From Gemmatimonadota bacterium (lineage in GTDB: Bacteria; Gemmatimonadota; Gemmatimonadetes; Gemmatimonadales; GWC2-71-9): a stretch of DNA of 61,399 nt. The notes beneath the pieces were generated by a model. That model searched no databases, was not told where the DNA came from, and saw only the letters and a program-made list of their open reading frames with translations. Of this stretch, positions 55,799 through 61,399 are shown in pieces (the stretch's first letter is position 1; each line of letters opens with the position of its first letter). The DNA lies in contig JADFIT010000003.1 of the NCBI GenBank assembly GCA_022566515.1, forward strand, positions 1-61,399. The letters are read 5' to 3'. The translations under genes were made by a program, and so were the position numbers.

Positions 55799-56012
55799 GG
55801 GGAGTCCCCCCGACGTGGGGGTGGACCAGTGGCCCCCCGGGGCGGGGGCGACCGTGGATTGATTTCAATGGCAGCGTCCGGCCCTCCTGGCGGGCTGGAC
55901 GCCAAGCCGAGAGCGGAGTTGTCGGCCCTGATGTCGTCAAGCCCAACGAATGAAAGAACCGACTCAATACCGGTTGAAGGCCGGGAACCGGGACGCCCCG
56001 GATTCCGCGGCC
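55799..56012 (+). other. GC-rich cluster of hairpins in the 510-nt leader upstream of the pseudopilin gene (candidate cis-regulatory RNA)
   Basis: Overlapping alternative stems GGGGAGTCCCC / CCCCCCGACGTGGGGG (55799-55821). A 9-bp hairpin lies at 55876-55900. A 14-bp bulged hairpin lies at 55979-56012 and ends 5 nt before ATG 56018. Confidence 0.4.
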
Positions 56013-56035
56013 GTCGCATGCAGGGCTCGGGCCTG

Positions 56036-56560
56036 ATGGCCTGGTTGAGGCGCTACACGGAGGGGCGGCCGGACCACATCCTAGCCATCGGCTTCACCAT
56101 GATCGAGATGCTGATCGTCATGGCAATCATCGGGACGCTTCTGGCCATCGCCCTCCCTATGCTCCGGTCCGCCCTGGACACCGCCCGAGTCACCCGGGCC
56201 ATCGGCGACATTAGCGCCCTTCAGACCGACATCGCCTCCTTCGAGGCCGCAGGCGAAGGTCTGCCGGAAACACTGGCCGACATCGATAGGGCCACGCTGC
56301 TGGATCCCTGGGGCAGACCTTACGAATACCTCAACTTTCACATAGAGGAGGGCGGCGGTGGTAAGGTTGGTAAGGGTAAGGCCGCGCTCCCCGTGGGTGC
56401 GCGCAAAGACCGCTTCCTCGTCCCCATCAATTCCACTTACGACCTCTACAGCGTGGGGCGGGACGGCGAGACCGTCGCCGCCCTAACCGCCAAGGCCAGC
56501 AAGGACGACGTTGTTCGCGCGAACGACGGCGGATTCATCGGCCTGGCCGTGAAATATTGA
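56036..56560 (+). CDS. GspG-like type II secretion pseudopilin (prepilin-type N-terminal methylation motif)
   Basis: Leader MAWLRRYTEGRPDHILAIG, then FTMIEMLIVMAIIGTLLAIALP. GspG-type DPWGRPYEY and YDLYSVGRDGE. Alternative ATG at 56018. Confidence 0.82.
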   Translation: MAWLRRYTEGRPDHILAIGFTMIEMLIVMAIIGTLLAIALPMLRSALDTARVTRAIGDISALQTDIASFEAAGEGLPETLADIDRATLLDPWGRPYEYLNFHIEEGGGGKVGKGKAALPVGARKDRFLVPINSTYDLYSVGRDGETVAALTAKASKDDVVRANDGGFIGLAVKY

Positions 56561-56572
56561 GCCGGCGGCACC

Positions 56573-58756
56573 ATGAAGATTGACACGAATTTTCTCAAGA
56601 CACGCGTAGCGCGACGCATCTTCCTTCTCTTCTTTGCGTGCGCGCTCATCCCGATTGCCGGAGCGGCTGCCTACTCCTATATACAGGTGAGCAGTGAGCT
56701 ACGAGAGCAGAGCCGGACCCGACTCCGGGAAACGGTCCGGGCCACGGAAGGAGCGATCTTCGAGCGGCTACGGTTCATCGACGCCGAACTGAGAGGCTTC
56801 GCCTCTGATTTGAGAGATGGTGCCAGCAATTTGCAGGGCCTCGCGCGTGAAGATCCCCAAAACACCTTGGGTGCCAGATTCAGAGGCCTGAGCGTCGTGA
56901 CCGCCAGTGGTGTCCCGACCCATCTGTTCGGCACGATCGACGACCCACCTGTCGCCACCGACATCGATCGACGACACCTGAGCACTGGGCGGTCGATCTT
57001 GGTCACCGCGGCGACGAAAGAGAATCAACCCATTTTCATGGGGTGGCTGATCGATCCAGGGTCCGCCGCTGGTAGCATACTCTGGGCTCAACTCGAGCCG
57101 AGTTATCTATTTGGCGCAGGCGAAGATCACCCAGCCCTACCGTCCAACATGCAAATTTGTGTTTTTGACGGGTCCAACAAGCCACTCTATTGTGTGGTTG
57201 CCACTGCAGCGGCGCCCATTGCCCAACAGCTCGATCTTGCGAATGCGAGCCGAGGCAATTTCGAGTGGACGGACGGAAGCGAGGAATACTCAGCCAGCTA
57301 CCGGTCACTTTTCTTGAACTCCACCTACGCACCACGGACCAGCACAACCAGCCTAAGGGTTGTTCTGAGCGAGTCGAGCGCCACGGTGCTCCAACCGATG
57401 GCCGATTTCAAGAAAAGTTTCCCGTTCGTCATCGTGCTCGCTCTACTCGTGGTTCTTCTAGTCAGCAATTTCCAAATCAAGAAGAGCATGGATCCGCTGG
57501 TTCGGCTGCGAGAGGGAACACAGCGTATTGCGAAGCGAGACTTTGGCACGCTGGTTGAAGTCAACAGCGGCGACGAGTTCGAGGATCTCGCTACGTCGTT
57601 CAATTCCATGGCCGGGCGGTTGCAAAGCCAGTTCAACACGCTAACCGCTCTCCAGGAAATCGATCAGGCGGTGCTATCCGCCCAGAACATCGATCGCATC
57701 ATCGACACGGTTCTTGCGGCAACGCGTCGGGTGCTGCCATGCGATGGCATGAGCGTGAGCGTGCTCTCCAGGAGTGGAAACAAGACTACGTGGAGGCTTG
57801 TGGCGGTCGCCTCCATGGACGACGAGCAGATCCGTCACCCCATCGAAATCAGCGACGACGAGGAAGATGAGCTGCGGGCAAATCAGAATCATCTCATCGT
57901 GCAGGGGGGACCGGGATCCCGAAGCTACCTCGTCATCTCGCCCTTCACCACGGGCGGCATCAGCTCGTTCCTGGTGTTGCCCATCTTCCTCAAGGGGGAT
58001 CTTTCGGCGGTCATCGCCCTCGGATACGTGTCACGGCCGGCGCTCAGCGAGGAAGACCTTTTGCAGGCGCGCCAGATGGCAGACCAGGTGGCCGTCGCCC
58101 TGTCCAATACACGACTCATTGACGAGCTTGACGCACTCAATGTGGGAGCGCTCACGGCTCTGGCCCGCACAATCGACGCCAAGTCTCCGTGGACGGCTGG
58201 TCACTCGGAACGGGTCACCCACACGAGTTTGAAGGTAGCCCGGCGGATGGGGCTGCCCGACGACGAACTCGAGGTTATAAACCGGGGGGGACTCCTGCAC
58301 GACATAGGCAAGATCGGAATTCCGGCCGACATTCTCGACAAGCCGTCCGCCCTGAACGAAGAGGAAATGCAGGTGATGCGGGATCATGTGACGGTAGGGG
58401 CTCGGATCTTGGAGCCGATCGCCGCATACGCCGACGTGATACCAATCGTGCTACGGCACCACGAGCGGTGGGACGGCTGCGGATACCCAGACGGCATTGC
58501 CGGCGAAGAAATCGAGTTCCACGCCAGACTGTTGGCGGCAGGAGATGTGTACGACGCCCTTACGTCGCACCGTCCCTACCGGTCCGGAATGAGTCATGTT
58601 GATGCAGTAGCCTGGATAACTGAGCAGTCCGGAACACATTTCGACCCACAAGTAGTCAAGGCGTTTCTTGCTGTGATGTCCCAGCCACCGACGGCAACCA
58701 CCACGCCTGCGACGCCCGTTTACCGCCCGGTCGCATCGCTAACAGAGCGTCCGTAG
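56573..58756 (+). CDS. Membrane sensor HD-GYP phosphodiesterase (TM, periplasmic domain, TM, HAMP, GAF, HD-GYP)
   Basis: HAMP (LVRLREGTQRIAKRDFG..DEFEDLATSFNSM). Canonical LLHDIGKIGIP and HHERWDGCGYPDG. It starts 12 nt after the pseudopilin stop. Confidence 0.9.
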   Translation: MKIDTNFLKTRVARRIFLLFFACALIPIAGAAAYSYIQVSSELREQSRTRLRETVRATEGAIFERLRFIDAELRGFASDLRDGASNLQGLAREDPQNTLGARFRGLSVVTASGVPTHLFGTIDDPPVATDIDRRHLSTGRSILVTAATKENQPIFMGWLIDPGSAAGSILWAQLEPSYLFGAGEDHPALPSNMQICVFDGSNKPLYCVVATAAAPIAQQLDLANASRGNFEWTDGSEEYSASYRSLFLNSTYAPRTSTTSLRVVLSESSATVLQPMADFKKSFPFVIVLALLVVLLVSNFQIKKSMDPLVRLREGTQRIAKRDFGTLVEVNSGDEFEDLATSFNSMAGRLQSQFNTLTALQEIDQAVLSAQNIDRIIDTVLAATRRVLPCDGMSVSVLSRSGNKTTWRLVAVASMDDEQIRHPIEISDDEEDELRANQNHLIVQGGPGSRSYLVISPFTTGGISSFLVLPIFLKGDLSAVIALGYVSRPALSEEDLLQARQMADQVAVALSNTRLIDELDALNVGALTALARTIDAKSPWTAGHSERVTHTSLKVARRMGLPDDELEVINRGGLLHDIGKIGIPADILDKPSALNEEEMQVMRDHVTVGARILEPIAAYADVIPIVLRHHERWDGCGYPDGIAGEEIEFHARLLAAGDVYDALTSHRPYRSGMSHVDAVAWITEQSGTHFDPQVVKAFLAVMSQPPTATTTPATPVYRPVASLTERP

Positions 58757-58774
58757 GATATGAGGTGACCACTC

Positions 58775-59485
58775 ATGAATGACGAACATACAGATCCGTC
58801 GGCCGAAGATCGTCAAGATCTACCTGCCGAGCCTCGCGGACTCCCGCGGTCTGAAGAAGAACTACGGGAACTCGCGCGGCGATCCGTCGGCGACCAAGAT
58901 ACAGACCCGCCGAGGGAGATTGATCAGGATCCGTTGGCGAACCTCAGAGACAAGCTCCCGCGGTCTGATGCAGAGCTACGCGACGTCGTGCGGGAAATCG
59001 TCGGCGAGGTGCTCGCGGACGTCGAGGCTTCGAGACGCGCCGCTGCGGAACCCGTGCGAATCGTCGCCATCCCGAGCCTCTGGTTGTCTATCCACCTCAC
59101 TCCGAAGCGGATAGCAGCGGCGGTAGCGGCGGTAGCGGTGCTGGTGGGCGCGCCGCTCGCTTGGGTCTACTGGCCACGAACGGTGGACATCCCGGACGGT
59201 GCCGTCGGATTGTGGACGACCCTCACACCGAACTATGCGGACCGCGCTTTCCGCCTCACGAAGAATACGCTGACGTTTCACGTGAGTCCGCAAGACTCGA
59301 CGTTCCACCCCATCGTTCGAGTTGAGTCCAGCTCGGAGGATGGCAACAACACCACGCGTTACACGGTCTTTTACACTCACTACAGGGACGAGTACGAGTT
59401 CTCGTTCCTGTACAGCGAAGTGCCCGACACGACGATCAAGTTCGCGAATCAGCGACAAATGATTTGGAGAAAGGGAACGCTGTAG
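58775..59485 (+). CDS. Hypothetical single-pass membrane protein with acidic N-terminal tandem repeat
   Basis: GAGGTG precedes the ATG. Repeats LPRSEEELRELARRSVG and LPRSDAELRDVVREIVG. TM IAAAVAAVAVLVGAPLAWVYW and a 100-aa beta-rich ectodomain. Confidence 0.7.
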   Translation: MNDEHTDPSAEDRQDLPAEPRGLPRSEEELRELARRSVGDQDTDPPREIDQDPLANLRDKLPRSDAELRDVVREIVGEVLADVEASRRAAAEPVRIVAIPSLWLSIHLTPKRIAAAVAAVAVLVGAPLAWVYWPRTVDIPDGAVGLWTTLTPNYADRAFRLTKNTLTFHVSPQDSTFHPIVRVESSSEDGNNTTRYTVFYTHYRDEYEFSFLYSEVPDTTIKFANQRQMIWRKGTL

Positions 59486-59524
59486 AGCGTGAGAGCGTGC
59501 CGCCGAATTCGAGCTGGGCTGGCC

Positions 59525-59929
59525 CTATTCGGTTCCTCTCGTGGTGGCGAATCCGCCTGACCCACTGCGCTCAACTATTTGACGGACGGCATCGACCAGC
59601 TGGTTGCTGTGGGTCGGCTTTCCCAGAAATGGCTGTCCCGTCTGTTCCAGGAACTTCCGTATCTCCGGTTCGTCGGCGTGGCCGGTGACGAACACGACGC
59701 GGCCGGCCATCTCCGGCAGGATTTCTTCGAGTTGCTCGAAGAATCCCGTGCCGTTGAGCGTGGGCATGTCGACGTCGCAGAGAATGGCATGGATCACCAC
59801 GCTACCGCGAAGCTGGTCAAACGCCTCCATGCCGTTGAGGGCGGGGAGGACATCGAACCCTCCCTGCTCGAGCAATTTCGTATGACTACGAAGAACCGCG
59901 GGATCGTCTTCCACTACGAGCACAGTCAT
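59525..59929 (-). CDS. Stand-alone CheY-like response regulator receiver
   Basis: MTVLVVEDDP..., phospho-acceptor region ILCDVDMP, and VVFVTGH. The ATG at 59929 is preferred over the GTG at 59956. Confidence 0.82.
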   Translation of the reverse strand: MTVLVVEDDPAVLRSHTKLLEQGGFDVLPALNGMEAFDQLRGSVVIHAILCDVDMPTLNGTGFFEQLEEILPEMAGRVVFVTGHADEPEIRKFLEQTGQPFLGKPTHSNQLVDAVRQIVERSGSGGFATTRGTE

Positions 59930-60053
59930 GGTGGGAATATGGGATGATTTCGACACAAGATTCGGTGTCGAGGGTCACACGACCCTATAGAGCCCCCGAT
60001 TTCTTTGGACAGTGATTTGGGATTAATGTGAGGGGTTCAAGGAGCGGGAGAAG

Positions 60054-60401
60054 ATGCTGATGTCCAAGGAGCGAGAGGCTGAGAAGGCACTCCCCGAGCG
60101 GTGGAGTGCCAAAGCCAAGAGTGAGATCGTGCTACGGCTCTTTCGGGGGGAGAGTGTCGATGAGGTGAGTCGGGAAATCCAGGTGTCGGTGCATGAGATC
60201 GAGACATGGCGGAAGGATTTTCTTGAGGCTGGGATGGTGGGGTTGAGACGACGGTCAGGCGATCCGGACGAACGGGCGTTGCGACACACGCAAGCGAAGG
60301 TCGGGGAACTGACGATGAAGCTGGAGCTCGCCGAGATGCTCCTGGAAAAAAGGGGGTACGGGGACGAGCTGGTGAAGTTGAAGAAGTCGCGCGGCTGGTG
60401 A
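60054..60401 (+). CDS. IS3-family transposase OrfA (HTH + leucine zipper)
   Basis: AAGGAG precedes the ATG. An HTH-like segment (ESVDEVSREIQVSVHEIETWRK) and a heptad Leu region. Confidence 0.85.
   Translation: MLMSKEREAEKALPERWSAKAKSEIVLRLFRGESVDEVSREIQVSVHEIETWRKDFLEAGMVGLRRRSGDPDERALRHTQAKVGELTMKLELAEMLLEKRGYGDELVKLKKSRGW
60346..60352 (+). other. Candidate -1 ribosomal slippage site AAAAAAG for an OrfAB fusion
   Basis: GGAAAAAAGGGGG lies 47 nt before the orfA stop. In the orfA frame it reads GAA AAA AGG. The orfB frame reads GGA AAA AAG and has no stop between here and 60398. Confidence 0.45.
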
Positions 60402-61276
60402 GTGCCGGCACAGGAAGGCGGTATCCGGTGACCATGGTGTGTGCGGTGTGGTGCGTGCCACGGTCGACGGTGTACGCACAACGAGGGCAGGCACGCCGGC
60501 CGGCGCGGACGCCGCAGAAGCGGGGGCCGCGGACGCTTGTGACTGATGCGGTGCTCCTCGAGGAGATCCGGGCGGTGCTCAAGGCGAGCGCGTTTCACAC
60601 GGAGGGCCATCGGAAGGTGCGCGTGCGGTTACGGCCCCGGGGTATCTACGTCGGCAAGAACCGGGTGTTGCGGCTCATGCGTCAGCATCGGCTGCTGGCA
60701 CCCTATCGCCGCCGGCATGCCCATGGCGATCGGGCACATGCGGGGACGATCATCACCGCGCGGCCGGATGAGCTGTGGGGGACGGATGCGACGAAGTTCT
60801 GGACGCAGCAAGAGGGCTGGTGCTGGTTCTTCGGGGCGATCGATCACTGCAGCGAAGACATCGTCGGCTGGCATGTGGCGAAGCGCGGGGATCGCTGGGC
60901 GGCGTTGGAGCCGATTCGGCAGGGGGTGCAGCAGACGCATGGCGGCTACGCGCCGAAGATCGCCCTGGGTTTGGGCCTCCGCATGGATTGGGGCCCACAG
61001 TACACGGCGCATCAGTTTCTCGGGGAGCTGCGCTGGCTCGGGATCCGGCCGTCGCCGAGCTATGTGGGCGAGCCCGAGTGCAACGGGATCATGGAGCGGT
61101 GGATCCGGACGCTGAAGGAGGAGTGCTTATACCTGCACGACTTCCAGACGCTCGAGGAAGCGCGACAGGTGATTGGGGAGTTCATTGAGACGTACAACCG
61201 TGAGTGGCTCATCGAACGGCACGGCCATCGAACCCCGGCCGACGTCCGTCAAGCACTCACGAGAAAGGCGGCCTGA
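60398..61276 (+). CDS. IS3-family transposase OrfB (DDE/rve integrase core)
   Basis: DDE triad context: WGTDATKF, LRMDWGPQYTA, and ECNGIMERW. It is in the -1 frame relative to orfA, and that frame is open upstream past the A6G run. Confidence 0.9.
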   Translation: MSAGTGRRYPVTMVCAVWCVPRSTVYAQRGQARRPARTPQKRGPRTLVTDAVLLEEIRAVLKASAFHTEGHRKVRVRLRPRGIYVGKNRVLRLMRQHRLLAPYRRRHAHGDRAHAGTIITARPDELWGTDATKFWTQQEGWCWFFGAIDHCSEDIVGWHVAKRGDRWAALEPIRQGVQQTHGGYAPKIALGLGLRMDWGPQYTAHQFLGELRWLGIRPSPSYVGEPECNGIMERWIRTLKEECLYLHDFQTLEEARQVIGEFIETYNREWLIERHGHRTPADVRQALTRKAA

Positions 61277-61338
61277 TTAAGCCGCCCACTTGTCCAATAA
61301 ACCGGGACCGGTACAGAGGAAATCTTAGGAGATCAAAT

Positions 61339-61399
61339 ATGAGAGGGTTTCAGGTCAAGCCGCAGTTGTTGATTGAAGAAGCAGAAAAAAATGAATTAG
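61339..61399 (+). CDS. 5' fragment of an unknown gene in an AT-rich segment
   Basis: AGGAG lies 7 nt before ATG 61339. It encodes MRGFQVKPQLLIEEAEKNEL... and runs off the window. Hand-counted G+C is about 35% over 61321-61399. Confidence 0.3.
   Translation, partial: MRGFQVKPQLLIEEAEKNEL

Larger units (their letters stand above)
59995..61306 (+). mobile_element. IS3-family insertion sequence (orfA/orfB)
   Basis: Imperfect terminal inverted repeats CCCGATTTCTTTGGACAGTG (left) and CACTTGTCCAATAAACCGGG (right), about 17/20 with one indel. Inner TG...CA ends lie at 60006 and 61296. The exact ends are uncertain, and no clear direct repeats were found. Confidence 0.75.

Noticed and set aside
55655-55880. 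Sigma-54 promoter upstream of the pseudopilin gene (TCGGCACGGGACCGCC at about 55655; ATGGCAGCGTCCGGCC at about 55868)
   Set aside because: The GG-to-GC spacing is off by one in both candidates and the -12 element lacks TTGC.
55507-56017. Known housekeeping RNAs (tmRNA, RNase P RNA, SRP RNA) or a GEMM-type c-di-GMP riboswitch in the long leader
   Set aside because: I could not find the hallmark strings, such as GAGGAAAGTCC, the tRNA-like 3' end with GGTTCGA..CCA, GGAAGCAGCC, or GGCAAACC...ACGCAAAGCC. Only ACGTTGCAAAGG vaguely resembles the GEMM motif. A covariance-model scan is needed before any call.

Overview
61.4-kb window from a high-G+C diderm bacterium. Hand-counted samples give about 57-67% G+C in core genes. 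Lipid A (lpx), BamA/Skp and Lol genes are present. The combination of McsAB-ClpC, BshC, CarboxypepD_reg+Plug and PorV-like outer-membrane proteins is reminiscent of Gemmatimonadota-like lineages, but that is inference only. I support about 55 protein-coding genes and saw no rRNA, tRNA or CRISPR array. The core is a roughly 29-kb unidirectional minus-strand array (24.3-53.3 kb). It runs REC-GGDEF-like, zinc-ribbon protein, prfB (programmed +1 frameshift, missed by the ORF track), lysS, lolCE/lolD, mcsA-mcsB-clpC, bamA, skp, lpxD-lpxC-fabZ-lpxA-lpxB-acyltransferase-lpxK, gdh, rlmH, AMMECR1, methyltransferase, bshC, murJ, uvrC, thrC. Many junctions are ATGA/GTGA overlaps. Upstream lie an NtrB/NtrC-type two-component pair, divergent from a His-rich lipoprotein / porin / diheme cytochrome c operon that has a sigma-54-like promoter. 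There is also an archease-rtcB pair followed by a HEAT-repeat protein plus a degenerate HD-GYP protein. The right end (55.5-61.4 kb) looks accessory. It has a 510-nt highly structured leader, an orphan GspG-like pseudopilin co-transcribed with a membrane HAMP-GAF-HD-GYP sensor, an IS3-family element, and then an abrupt AT-rich segment. The least explained signal is non-coding. Several intergenic loci carry inverted arms built from reiterated short oligomers around 65-100-nt cores; one still encloses the first 16 codons of a GxxExxY gene. A three-copy composite repeat family with a conserved hairpin is also present. No complete, clearly novel multi-gene system could be demonstrated from sequence alone.
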